From Nitrospinae bacterium RIFCSPHIGHO2_02_FULL_39_82 (GTDB taxonomy: Bacteria > Nitrospinota > Nitrospinia > UBA9942), in NCBI GenBank assembly GCA_001804915.1, contig MHDI01000085.1, positions 1-44,959 of the forward strand: 44,959 bases of DNA, written 5' to 3'. Below, piece by piece: positions 30,615 through 39,860 of the stretch. A program made the translations under genes and the position numbers. Each line of letters opens with the position of its first letter. Position 1 is the first letter of the stretch. Under the pieces are notes generated by a model that searched no databases, was not told the origin of the DNA, and saw only the letters and a list, made by a program, of their open reading frames with translations.

Positions 30615-31940
30615 TTATTTGGTGCCTCCTTTTGTCTGCTTAAACAGGTTCCAGCTTTTCAGAAGTGATACCGCCCTTTCCAGTTGCGGGTCTTCCTCTC
30701 CTGTCTTTCCTTTTATCTCAACAGGCTGTTTCTTTTCACCTTCGGGTGTTCCCTCATCACCTTTAAGGTGATTTTTAAGGTCCTTTTCTCTTACAATAGT
30801 TGGTGATTCTGGATGTCCTGTTGTAGTCTTGGCTGTCAAAACAGGCTCCTCAACGATTATATCCGGTGCAATCCCCTTACCCTGAATTAATCTCCCTTTA
30901 GGTGTGTAATATTTTGCAGTAGTAAGCCTCAGGGCAGAGCCATCACTCAAAGGTATTATAGTCTGAACAGAACCCTTTCCAAAGGTTGTTGTTCCAACTA
31001 CAACAGCCCTCTTTAAATCCTGAAGGGCACCTGCTACTATCTCTGATGCACTGGCACTGCCGGCATTTACAAGGACAATCATTGGAAAATCAAGATAGGG
31101 ATTTCTACCACTGGAAGAAAATTTTAGATTTTGTTCCTCTCTCTTCCCTTTTATATAAACAACTAACTGCCCCTTTTCAAGAAATCTATTACAAACCTCT
31201 ACTGCCTGATTGAGAAGTCCGCCGGGGTCGTTTCTCAAGTCAAGAATTAATCCGATTATAGGGTTTTTTGTAACAGATTTTAAAGCAGCATCCAGTTCTT
31301 CGGAAGTGTTTTTCGTAAAACTCTTTATCTTTATATATCCAACTGTTTCATCCATAATCTGGTATTTTACACTTTTTACTTTTATGATATCCCTTACAAT
31401 TTCGAAATCCTTTGGTTCTTCAAACCCATCCCTCATAATTGTAATGATAACCTTTGTCCCCTCCTTGCCCCTCATCTTCTTCACCGCTTCCATTATACTC
31501 ATGTCTTTTGTTGATTCCCCGCCTATCTTCAGCACCTTATCATTAGGCTTCAATCCTGCCCTATCTGCTGGTGTATCCTCAATAGGGGCAACCACAGTAA
31601 GGATTTCATTTTTTATTGTTATCTCTATACCAAGTCCGCCAAATTCTCCTTCAGTCTCTACCTGAACCTCTTTAAAGATATCCGGTGTCATATAAGAACT
31701 GTGTGGGTCAAGCGTCCTCAACATACCCTTGATGCTACCATTAATGAGGTCTTCAGATTTCACATCCTCAACGTAATTTGCTTCTATCAGAGATAATACT
31801 TCGGTGAAAACCTTCAGATTATCGTATGTACCACTTACTGCCAGTACATTTTTTGCCTTGTCACTACCAAGAAAAATTCCGGCAGAAATAAATAAGGTTA
31901 TAATAACTACTACAATTCTCCATTTTATCGTCTTTAACAT
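30615..31940 (-). CDS. S41A carboxy-terminal processing peptidase (Ctp/Prc family)
   Basis: Contains a PDZ domain (GLKPNDKVLKIGG). Catalytic motifs are GSASASEIVAGALQD (Ser) and TTFGKGSVQT (Lys). An N-terminal anchor is present. Confidence 0.93.
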   Translation of the reverse strand: MLKTIKWRIVVVIITLFISAGIFLGSDKAKNVLAVSGTYDNLKVFTEVLSLIEANYVEDVKSEDLINGSIKGMLRTLDPHSSYMTPDIFKEVQVETEGEFGGLGIEITIKNEILTVVAPIEDTPADRAGLKPNDKVLKIGGESTKDMSIMEAVKKMRGKEGTKVIITIMRDGFEEPKDFEIVRDIIKVKSVKYQIMDETVGYIKIKSFTKNTSEELDAALKSVTKNPIIGLILDLRNDPGGLLNQAVEVCNRFLEKGQLVVYIKGKREEQNLKFSSSGRNPYLDFPMIVLVNAGSASASEIVAGALQDLKRAVVVGTTTFGKGSVQTIIPLSDGSALRLTTAKYYTPKGRLIQGKGIAPDIIVEEPVLTAKTTTGHPESPTIVREKDLKNHLKGDEGTPEGEKKQPVEIKGKTGEEDPQLERAVSLLKSWNLFKQTKGGTK

Positions 31941-31976
31941 CTTCCCTCCCTTTAAATAGAATTATATTATAACTCT

Positions 31977-33230
31977 TTACCGATGTGCTATCTTATGAGG
32001 CATAAGCCAGACAAGAGGGTCTTCAGGTTTACCCCTTTGTCTTATTTCAAAATAGAGGGTATACCCGTTAATTGAATCTGTATCCCCCACCTTCCCTATT
32101 ATGTCTCCAGCCTCTACCCTTTCACCTACGCTCATCTCTATTTCATCCAGATGTCCGTATAGTGAGTAATAACCTTCACCGTGGTCTATTATTATTAGTT
32201 TACCATATCCTCTAAACCAGTCAGCAAAAATAATATCACCGGCGTGAATTGTTTTTACAGCAATACCCGGAAAAGAATCTATCTCAATTCCATTATTAAA
32301 AATATAGGTATTAAATTTTGGTTCCCTTACCTTTCCATAATTGGCTATGGTATTGCCTGTAATTGGCCATGGAAGAGAGCCTCTCTTTAAAGCAAAGTCT
32401 CCTGTTCCTTTGGGAGGTAAAACAGTGCTTACCTCTTTTCTCTTTTTTTCCAACATTTCAATAAGTCCCATTAATTGCTGTGATGAATCTTCCAGTTCTT
32501 CCTTTATACGCTCATAAACAACCCTCTTCTCCTTTATCTCACCGAGAAGTCTTTCTTTCCCCCTTTTTTCTATTTTCATTTTTCCTTTCTTTTTTGATAC
32601 TTCTTCCTTAAGTATCCTGACCTCCTCCTCAGATTTAGATAGGGTTAACCCGTATCTTTCCAAATCTTTTTGTTCTTTAAAAAAGATTTCTACGATTTTA
32701 GAATCATGTTCTGCTATCTTCTCCATATATTTTATTTTTTGAATAAAATCAGTAAAATTATTTGCAGACAGGGCAATCTTTAAATATGTCAGATTCCCTT
32801 CTTTATATAAAGCCCTTAGCCTATCATGAAGGAGTCTTTTCTGCCTGTTCATCTTAGATTCTGATTCTTTTTCCTTTGTCTCTATTCCCTCTCTCCTGTT
32901 CTGAATCTCTGATAATTCTAAGTTGTAAACCATAAATTCCTTTTCTGCTATTTTTAAACTGCGATTTAAGATATTTAATTTAGAGAGGACAGAATCCTCC
33001 TCCTTTTTTACTGTTGATACCTTTGTCTTCTGTTTATTAATCTTATCCTCTATTTCATTAAGCTGACGCTTTTCCATTTCTATTTGCCGTGTCAACTTGT
33101 CAATATTATCGGCATATGCAATAGGGAGAATTAAGAAATTAGAAACCAGAAAAAAGAATACAGAAAATGATAAATAACCTCTTGATATCTTGCATCCTGC
33201 ATCTTGTTTACCATTCCTTAATATTCTCAT
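31977..33230 (-). CDS. EnvC-like murein hydrolase activator (coiled coil plus M23/LytM domain)
   Basis: Long coiled coil, then a C-terminal LytM domain (GIEIDS..., IIIDHGEGYYSLYGHL, GDTDSINGYTLYFEIR). Start set at ATG 33230 (ATGA overlap with the ftsX stop) rather than 33308. Confidence 0.85.
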   Translation of the reverse strand: MRILRNGKQDAGCKISRGYLSFSVFFFLVSNFLILPIAYADNIDKLTRQIEMEKRQLNEIEDKINKQKTKVSTVKKEEDSVLSKLNILNRSLKIAEKEFMVYNLELSEIQNRREGIETKEKESESKMNRQKRLLHDRLRALYKEGNLTYLKIALSANNFTDFIQKIKYMEKIAEHDSKIVEIFFKEQKDLERYGLTLSKSEEEVRILKEEVSKKKGKMKIEKRGKERLLGEIKEKRVVYERIKEELEDSSQQLMGLIEMLEKKRKEVSTVLPPKGTGDFALKRGSLPWPITGNTIANYGKVREPKFNTYIFNNGIEIDSFPGIAVKTIHAGDIIFADWFRGYGKLIIIDHGEGYYSLYGHLDEIEMSVGERVEAGDIIGKVGDTDSINGYTLYFEIRQRGKPEDPLVWLMPHKIAHR

Positions 33231-34177
33231 GTTCTTACCTTTAATATCCTTCCCAGAGAGATTAGACTGCCGATGAAGCCAAGAAATATACCTGAAACAA
33301 CCAACCATATTATACCATTAGATGGAATAAATAATATATCAGAAAACCCGAATACAAATATTACTGAAGGGCTTAATTTACTCACGATTATCTCGTAGCC
33401 TATAAACAATAACATAATTGATATTATGGTCCCGGTAAATCCCTGAATCATCCCCTCTATAATAAATGGACCTTTGATGAAATGATTGGTAGCTCCTACC
33501 AACTTCATAATCTCTATCTCGTCCAGACGAGAGTAAACGGATAACTTTATGGTATTAGAAATGATAAAAAGCAAACCCATTGCGAGAACCCCGCCTACCG
33601 CACCCATTCCCAATTTAAAGAAAACCATAAATGTTTCAAATCTGTCAATCCACTCCCTGCCGTATTCAACCTCTTCAACCCCTTCTACCCCAGCTAATCC
33701 ATTTGCTATCCTCCCCATATCATCTAATGTCCTAAACCCCTCTTTGACTTCTATTATAAAAGAGGCAGGTATGGGATTGGAGTCGAGACCATCAAGTATT
33801 GCCTTTTTATCCATCAATTTATTTTTGAAATTAATCAGTGCATCCTCTTTTGATACATAGGATACTTTCTCAATCTCTTTATAAAAGGCAATATTTCTCC
33901 GAAGATGTTCTATCTGCGATTGAGATATATTATCTTTAAGATATACTATGACTTTTATTTTACCTCCCAGGTCAATAGCCATTTTTTGAAGGTTTATGAA
34001 GATAAGAAAAAATATGCCAAAAAGGGTCATGGAAATTGCTATTGTCCCTATGGTAATAGCATTTAACCCTTTATTGACACGGATACTGGTGAGTGCCTCC
34101 TGAAAGGCATAAACTATACTACGAAAAATATTCACAATATTTATAAAAAATCTACAGGTTAATAACTGGCAAGCCAT
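33227..34177 (-). CDS. ftsX: Cell division permease-like protein FtsX
   Basis: Four TM helices with a periplasmic loop domain between TM1 and TM2. The IEIMKLVGATNHFIKGPFIIEG motif is characteristic of FtsX. Confidence 0.85.
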   Translation of the reverse strand: MACQLLTCRFFINIVNIFRSIVYAFQEALTSIRVNKGLNAITIGTIAISMTLFGIFFLIFINLQKMAIDLGGKIKVIVYLKDNISQSQIEHLRRNIAFYKEIEKVSYVSKEDALINFKNKLMDKKAILDGLDSNPIPASFIIEVKEGFRTLDDMGRIANGLAGVEGVEEVEYGREWIDRFETFMVFFKLGMGAVGGVLAMGLLFIISNTIKLSVYSRLDEIEIMKLVGATNHFIKGPFIIEGMIQGFTGTIISIMLLFIGYEIIVSKLSPSVIFVFGFSDILFIPSNGIIWLVVSGIFLGFIGSLISLGRILKVRT

Positions 34178-34277
34178 TTCCCCTATACTTTTCTATAGAA
34201 TATTAATCACTTCAGATAAAGTCAATATTTTTTTAACGATTTAATAGTAGATTTAAAAATATTATCCTGAAAAAAAC

Positions 34278-34306
34278 TTGCAATTTAAAAATCTCTGTGA
34301 TATTTT
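34278..34306 (+). promoter_or_regulatory. Candidate sigma70-type promoter (TTGCAA-17-TATTTT) heading the rimP-nusA-infB leader
   Basis: Read directly. It lies about 165 nt upstream of the rimP ATG. Confidence 0.45.
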
Positions 34307-34385
34307 AGTTTTAGAAAGCGAGGAATTTAGACCTGAAATCGTAAGCCTTCAATATTGAAAATAAGGAAAAGATTTCAATGTCAGA

Positions 34386-34425
34386 AAGTGGGTTTACTTG
34401 GAGAAGTTACCCACTTTTTTTATTT
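34386..34425 (+). terminator. Leader hairpin plus T-run (AAGTGGGT-N15-ACCCACTT then TTTTTTATTTT) 45 nt upstream of rimP; candidate attenuator
   Basis: Read directly. A second palindrome, TTGAAA..TTTCAA, at about 34355..34378 could form an alternative structure. Confidence 0.5.
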
Positions 34426-34468
34426 TGAAATATACTTAAACTTTATAGATTTTTGCCATCAAAAGTAA

Positions 34469-34936
34469 ATGCAACAAATTAATGTAACAACTGCAGTAGA
34501 AAATCTGGTAAAGCCAATAGTAGAGTCAGAAGGGATGGAACTGGTTGATGTGGAATATAAGAAAGAAGGTAAAACATGGTATCTGAGGATATTTATTGAT
34601 AAAAATGCCGGAGTTACACTTGATGACTGTCAGAATATCAGTTATCAGATAGAAAAACTGTTAGATGTGGAGGATATAATTTCTGATTCCTATACACTTG
34701 AAGTTTCATCACCGGGTATTGAAAGACCATTAAAAAAAATATCTGATTATAATAGGTTTAAAAACAGATTAGTGAAAATATTTTTGTATTCTCCGATTAA
34801 TAATAAAAAGATTATAATTGGCAAAATTTTAGATACTGCTGATGAACTGATATCTATTGAAGAAGTTGAAAGTAGAGATATGATAAAAATTTTGTTTAAG
34901 GATATTGCAAAAGCACATTTGAAAAGTGAATTTTGA
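34469..34936 (+). CDS. rimP: Ribosome maturation factor RimP
   Basis: LVDVEYKKEGKTWYLRIFIDK...LEVSSPGIERPLK signature. It sits upstream of nusA. Confidence 0.92.
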   Translation: MQQINVTTAVENLVKPIVESEGMELVDVEYKKEGKTWYLRIFIDKNAGVTLDDCQNISYQIEKLLDVEDIISDSYTLEVSSPGIERPLKKISDYNRFKNRLVKIFLYSPINNKKIIIGKILDTADELISIEEVESRDMIKILFKDIAKAHLKSEF

Positions 34937-34996
34937 CTAATTCACACTAAAAAATAACATTTTTCAGTATCAACTAACTGTGAAAAAGGAATTAGA

Positions 34997-36139
34997 ATGA
35001 ATTTAGTCAATATAATAAATCAGATAGGAAAGGAAAAGGGTATAGAAAAAGAGCGGCTCATAGAGGCCTTAAAGGCTGCTGTTGTCTCTGCATGCAGGAA
35101 GAGAATGGGTCTTGTTGAAGATTTAGAAATTACATTCAATAAAGATAGCGGCGAGATAGAGTTATTCATCAAAAAGAAGGTGGTGGATAAGGTGGTTGAA
35201 ATAGAAAAAGAGATAACATTGAAGGACACGGTTACGATAAAGAAAGATGCAAAACTGGGTGATATTGTAATGGTCTCCTACAATGTCGGAGATTTGGGTA
35301 GAATTGCTGCACAGGCTGCAAAACAGGTTATTCTCCAGAAAGTTAGAGATGCCGAGAAGGAGTCTGTATTCAGCGGGTATAAAGATAAAAAAGGGCAATT
35401 AATCAGCGGTATGGTTTCAAGGGAAGACAGAGGGGATATAATTGTTGATATTGGAAAGACAGAAGGTATAATTTACGGGAGGGAACAATCTTTCAGGGAA
35501 ACCTTCAAGAGGGGCGATAGACTGATGGCTTATGTTATTGATGTAAAGAAAAACTCGAGGGGTCCACAGATTGTATTATCCCGAACACATCCCGGACTTT
35601 TGATTAAACTTTTTGAAAGGGAGGTTCCTGAGATAGCCGATGCTACTGTCGAAATAAAGGGTGCAGCGAGGGACCCTGGCGGAAGGTCAAAGATAGCAGT
35701 ATATTCTCACAGGAAGGATGTTGATGCTGTTGGTGCATGCGTGGGTATGAGAGGAATTAGAGTTCAATCTATTGTTCAGGAACTTAGAGGTGAAAAGATA
35801 GATATAGTTGAATGGTCTGATGACCCTGGAACATATGCTAAAAACGCCTTAAGTCCTGCGAAGATATCAAAAGTCAGCGTAAATGCACAAGATAAATCAA
35901 TGGATGTTATTGTCCCAGATGACCAATTATCGCTTGCTATAGGAAAGAGAGGACAGAATGTAAAGTTAGCTGTGAAACTCTTGCGTTGGAAGATAAATAT
36001 AAAAAGCGTGAGTGAATATAAAAAGGAAGTGGAAGCAGCAAAAGAGAAACTCTTAATCAAGAAAGAAGAATCAGAAATTGGCGAGGGTGAGATATCTGGA
36101 GATGGCGGGGAAATAGCAAGGATTGATGAAACCGAATAA
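34997..36139 (+). CDS. nusA: Transcription termination/antitermination factor NusA
   Basis: N-terminal domain, then S1 (GQLISGMV...) and KH1/KH2 (PGGRSKIAV...[27 protein letters not shown]). No C-terminal AR1/AR2 repeats are present. Confidence 0.95.
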   Translation: MNLVNIINQIGKEKGIEKERLIEALKAAVVSACRKRMGLVEDLEITFNKDSGEIELFIKKKVVDKVVEIEKEITLKDTVTIKKDAKLGDIVMVSYNVGDLGRIAAQAAKQVILQKVRDAEKESVFSGYKDKKGQLISGMVSREDRGDIIVDIGKTEGIIYGREQSFRETFKRGDRLMAYVIDVKKNSRGPQIVLSRTHPGLLIKLFEREVPEIADATVEIKGAARDPGGRSKIAVYSHRKDVDAVGACVGMRGIRVQSIVQELRGEKIDIVEWSDDPGTYAKNALSPAKISKVSVNAQDKSMDVIVPDDQLSLAIGKRGQNVKLAVKLLRWKINIKSVSEYKKEVEAAKEKLLIKKEESEIGEGEISGDGGEIARIDETE

Positions 36140-36144
36140 AGGGG

Positions 36145-38196
36145 GTGGTTTTTCTGGCAAATATAAGGGTTTATGAATTGGCAAATCAGCTTGGCATAAA
36201 AAGCAAGGAATTGATTGAAGAACTCAAAAAACAAGGGGTAATTGTAAAGACCCACTCTAGTTCTCTTGATGAAGAAACTGCCCTTCTTATAAAGGCAATA
36301 CTTACATCTCCAAAGAAAAAAGAGCCGACTCCTCAACCTGTGGAAGAAAAGGTACCACCGGCAGAGGTTAAAATAGTCCCCGAAAAAAAGGTTGAAGAAA
36401 AAGTAATAGAATCAAAGGTTGTAAAACCTGATGAGATTAAGGAGAAAGAAAAGATAAAGATTGGTGAGGCAATAACTATAAAGGAGTTGTCAGAGAAAAT
36501 AAATATTCCTGCAAAGGAAATTATAAAAAAATTAATGGGAATAGGGGTAATGACAACTGTAAATCAGGTTATTGACTCTAAATCTGCCATATCGGTAGCA
36601 AAAGACTTTGGTATAGAGGTAGAGGTAATCAGTAAGGTGGAAGAAATTTCTGCCGAAGAAGAAGAAAAAGAGGGGCTAATCCCCCGTCCCCCCATTGTTA
36701 CCATAATGGGTCATGTGGACCATGGCAAGACATCTCTCTTAGATGCAATAAGACAAACTAATGTTGCGGCAAAAGAGTCAGGTGAGATAACACAGCATAT
36801 TGGTGCATATGAAGTGGATGTAGATAAAGGCAAGATAGTCTTTCTCGATACACCAGGACATGAGGCATTTACCGCTATGAGGGCAAGGGGGACAAAGGTT
36901 ACAGATATTGTAGTCCTTGTAGTAGCAGCAGATGATGGCGTTATGCCTCAAACTATTGAAGCAATAAATCATGCTGAAGCTGCCGGTGGTGTGCCAATAA
37001 TAGTAGCTATAAATAAAATAGATAAGCCAAATGCTAACCCTGATAAAGTTAGACAGGAACTGGCAAAGTTAAATCCACATCTCCTTCCAGAGGAATGGGG
37101 GGGGAAGACAATATATGTAAATGTTTCTGCCAAGAAAAAGATAGGAATTGAAGAGCTTCTCGAGATGATAATTCTTCAGGCTGAAATTATGGAGCTTAAA
37201 GCGAATCCACTAAAACCAGCAAAGGGAATAGTTGTTGAATCTAAGTTAGACAGGGGAAGGGGGCCAGTAGTTACAGTTCTCATCCAGAAGGGAACCCTGA
37301 AGGTGGGCGACCCATTCGTAGCAGGTCAATACTTCGGCAGGGTAAGGGCGCTGATAAATGACAGAGGAATAAAAGTTAAAGAGGCTGCACCGTCAATACC
37401 TGTGGAAGTATTGGGGCTTTCAGGTGTTCCTCAAGCAGGTGACTCTTTTCAGGTTGTTCCGGATGAAAAAAGTGCAAGACAGATTGCTTTATTGAGAAGT
37501 CAAAAACGCAGAGAAGAAGGTCTCGGAATAAAAATGAGGGTAACCCTTGAGGGCCTTTATAAACAGATAAATGAGGGGGTAGTAAAAGAACTTAACATTG
37601 TTATAAAGGCAGATGTTCATGGGTCTATTCAGGCATTAGTTGACTCATTTGAAAAACTTGGAACCAAAGATGTAAAAATAAAAATAATACATGGAGCTGT
37701 AGGAGGAATTACAGAGACTGATGTTATGCTGGCTGCTGCGTCCAATGCAATAATTATAGGATTTAATGTAAAACCGACTGACAAGGCGTCTGAGGTGGCT
37801 GAAAAAGAGCAGGTAGAATTAAAATTATATTCAATAATATATAATACAATTGCCGATGTAAAGGCTGCCATGGAGGGTATGCTGGAGCCAACTCTTGTAG
37901 AAAAAGTTATGGGAAAGGCTGAAGTTAGACAGTTGTTTGCTATACCTAAAATGGGAGTTATAGCAGGTTGTTTTGTTCTTGATGGTGTAATACAGAGAAA
38001 TGCTGATGCAAAACTAATACGGGATAGTGTAATTGTATACCAGGGAAAGATAGGTTCATTGAGGAGATTTAAGGAAGATGTAAAAGAGGTGCAGGCAGGT
38101 TACGAATGTGGAATTGGAATAGAAAAATTTCAGGATGTAAAGATTGGAGATATTATTGAACCCTTCTTTTTAGATAAAATCGCAAAAAAGTTATAG
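36145..38196 (+). CDS. infB: Translation initiation factor IF-2
   Basis: [33 protein letters not shown] and C-terminal IF2 domains. GTG start at 36145 per the ORF track; the exact start is uncertain. Confidence 0.95.
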   Translation: MVFLANIRVYELANQLGIKSKELIEELKKQGVIVKTHSSSLDEETALLIKAILTSPKKKEPTPQPVEEKVPPAEVKIVPEKKVEEKVIESKVVKPDEIKEKEKIKIGEAITIKELSEKINIPAKEIIKKLMGIGVMTTVNQVIDSKSAISVAKDFGIEVEVISKVEEISAEEEEKEGLIPRPPIVTIMGHVDHGKTSLLDAIRQTNVAAKESGEITQHIGAYEVDVDKGKIVFLDTPGHEAFTAMRARGTKVTDIVVLVVAADDGVMPQTIEAINHAEAAGGVPIIVAINKIDKPNANPDKVRQELAKLNPHLLPEEWGGKTIYVNVSAKKKIGIEELLEMIILQAEIMELKANPLKPAKGIVVESKLDRGRGPVVTVLIQKGTLKVGDPFVAGQYFGRVRALINDRGIKVKEAAPSIPVEVLGLSGVPQAGDSFQVVPDEKSARQIALLRSQKRREEGLGIKMRVTLEGLYKQINEGVVKELNIVIKADVHGSIQALVDSFEKLGTKDVKIKIIHGAVGGITETDVMLAAASNAIIIGFNVKPTDKASEVAEKEQVELKLYSIIYNTIADVKAAMEGMLEPTLVEKVMGKAEVRQLFAIPKMGVIAGCFVLDGVIQRNADAKLIRDSVIVYQGKIGSLRRFKEDVKEVQAGYECGIGIEKFQDVKIGDIIEPFFLDKIAKKL

Positions 38197-38323
38197 TTAC
38201 CATGGTTGTAGGAATTTGAATAAAAAGAGGCATTTAAATAGTATACTTAATAAAGTAGTGGATTTTATTGATGCAATGCATACAGCCGAAATGGTGGGCT
38301 ATAATATAGAAATTTATTGAAAG

Positions 38324-38683
38324 ATGTACTTCAAAAGGTCGGACAGGGTTGCTGAACTGATACGGGAAGAGATCTCCAAAATGATTGTGAGAGAAATAAA
38401 GGACCCCAGGATAGGTTTTGTTACCTTGACTCATATTGAACTTTCCGATGACCTTCGCAATGCCAAAATATTTGTTAGTATTATGGGAAATGAAGATGAT
38501 AAGAAAAATACCATAAAGGGACTGGAAAGTGCATCAGGATTTATAAGGCGAGAGTTAAGAAAAAGATTAAGATTAAGAATTATTCCTGATATAATTTTCA
38601 GGATAGATACCTCAATCGAGCACGGAGAAAAGATAGCAAGGCTGCTGGCTGAACTGAAAAACGAGGAAAGTGTCAAAGATTAA
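38324..38683 (+). CDS. rbfA: Ribosome-binding factor A
   Basis: RSDRVAELIREEIS...KDPRIGFVTLT.IELS.DL..AKIF pattern. Length 119 aa. Confidence 0.93.
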   Translation: MYFKRSDRVAELIREEISKMIVREIKDPRIGFVTLTHIELSDDLRNAKIFVSIMGNEDDKKNTIKGLESASGFIRRELRKRLRLRIIPDIIFRIDTSIEHGEKIARLLAELKNEESVKD

Positions 38684-38749
38684 CTTACAACGGATACCAA
38701 TAAATAATTGTTATAAGTTGCAGGTTTTAAGTTGTGAGTTAGATTTTTT

Positions 38750-39442
38750 ATGGATGGTATTCTTAATATAAATAAACCCAGAGGGATAACATCACACGAT
38801 GTGGTTTCCATAGTTAGAAGAACTATCGGAGAAAACAAGATAGGACATACAGGGACATTAGACCCGATAGCTACCGGTATTTTGTTGCTCTGTATTGGCA
38901 GGGCTACTAAACTTTCAAGACTTCTTACAGGCTGCAAAAAAACATATATCGCAGAGATGAGATTGGGGATAAAAACAGATACGCAGGATGCAACTGGTAA
39001 TATTATTTCTGCTTGCAGCACTTATAGTATAGATGAAATGGAGATGTTGAAAATATTTTCAGGATTTACGGGAGACATTGAACAGATACCACCTATGTAT
39101 TCTGCTGTAAAATATAAAGGAGAAAGACTTTATAAAATGGCAAGAAGAGGGATAACGGTGGAAAGAAAGGCAAAGAAGGTGCATATATATTCCATGAAGC
39201 TAATCAGTGCAAATCATGAATTTGTAAAATTTGAAGTGGAGGCATCACCTGGGACATATATAAGAACCCTCTGTGAACAAATAGGAGATGAACTTGGCTG
39301 CGGTGGTCATATGTTTAATCTTCAGAGAATCAGGATAGGTAATTTCCAAATAAGCGATTCACTTCCACTTGATGTGGTAGAGGTATTATATAAAGAAGGA
39401 AGACTAAAGGATGCGGTAATTCCCATGCATTGTGTAAATTGA
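38750..39442 (+). CDS. truB: tRNA pseudouridine(55) synthase TruB (short form, no PUA domain)
   Basis: GILNINKPRGITSHD, GHTGTLDPIATGIL (catalytic Asp) and PPMYSAVK. The protein ends at 230 aa, before where the PUA domain of E. coli TruB begins. Confidence 0.92.
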   Translation: MDGILNINKPRGITSHDVVSIVRRTIGENKIGHTGTLDPIATGILLLCIGRATKLSRLLTGCKKTYIAEMRLGIKTDTQDATGNIISACSTYSIDEMEMLKIFSGFTGDIEQIPPMYSAVKYKGERLYKMARRGITVERKAKKVHIYSMKLISANHEFVKFEVEASPGTYIRTLCEQIGDELGCGGHMFNLQRIRIGNFQISDSLPLDVVEVLYKEGRLKDAVIPMHCVN

Positions 39443-39504
39443 CTCAGATTTTTCCAATTGCTCAATCAAAGGGGAGAATAAATAGACTCTCTGGTTTTAT
39501 TTGC

Positions 39505-39533
39505 TTTACAAGATAAATACTTTGTGTTATAAA
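39505..39533 (+). promoter_or_regulatory. Candidate sigma70-type promoter (TTTACA-17-TATAAA) upstream of rpsO
   Basis: Read directly, 33 nt upstream of the rpsO ATG. An AGGAGG RBS follows. Confidence 0.4.
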
Positions 39534-39565
39534 AAATTGAAATAATAGAAGGAGGAGAACAATAG

Positions 39566-39832
39566 ATGGCATTAGAAAAAGAGTCAAAACAGGCGATAAT
39601 CGGCAAGTTTAGATTGCATGAAAAAGATACCGGCTCAACGGAGGTTCAGATTGCACTCTTAAATGAGAGAATAAATTACCTTACAGAGCATTTTAAACTT
39701 CATAAGAAAGACCATCATTCAAGAAGGGGATTGCTTAAATTGGTCAATCAGAGGAGAAGGCTTATTGATTATTTAAAGGTAAAAGATATTGACAGATGTA
39801 ATAAAATTAAAGATATTCTTAAAATCAGATAA
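39566..39832 (+). CDS. rpsO: 30S ribosomal protein S15
   Basis: [38 protein letters not shown]. Length 88 aa. Confidence 0.95.
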   Translation: MALEKESKQAIIGKFRLHEKDTGSTEVQIALLNERINYLTEHFKLHKKDHHSRRGLLKLVNQRRRLIDYLKVKDIDRCNKIKDILKIR

Positions 39833-39860
39833 AGGTTTTAGAAGGAGGTAAAAAAAGATA

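Noticed and set aside
33231-33308. N-terminal 26-aa extension of the EnvC-like ORF (start at 33308)
   Set aside because: The extension lies entirely inside ftsX. The ATG at 33230 gives the classic ATGA stop/start overlap and a sensible signal-anchor N-terminus.
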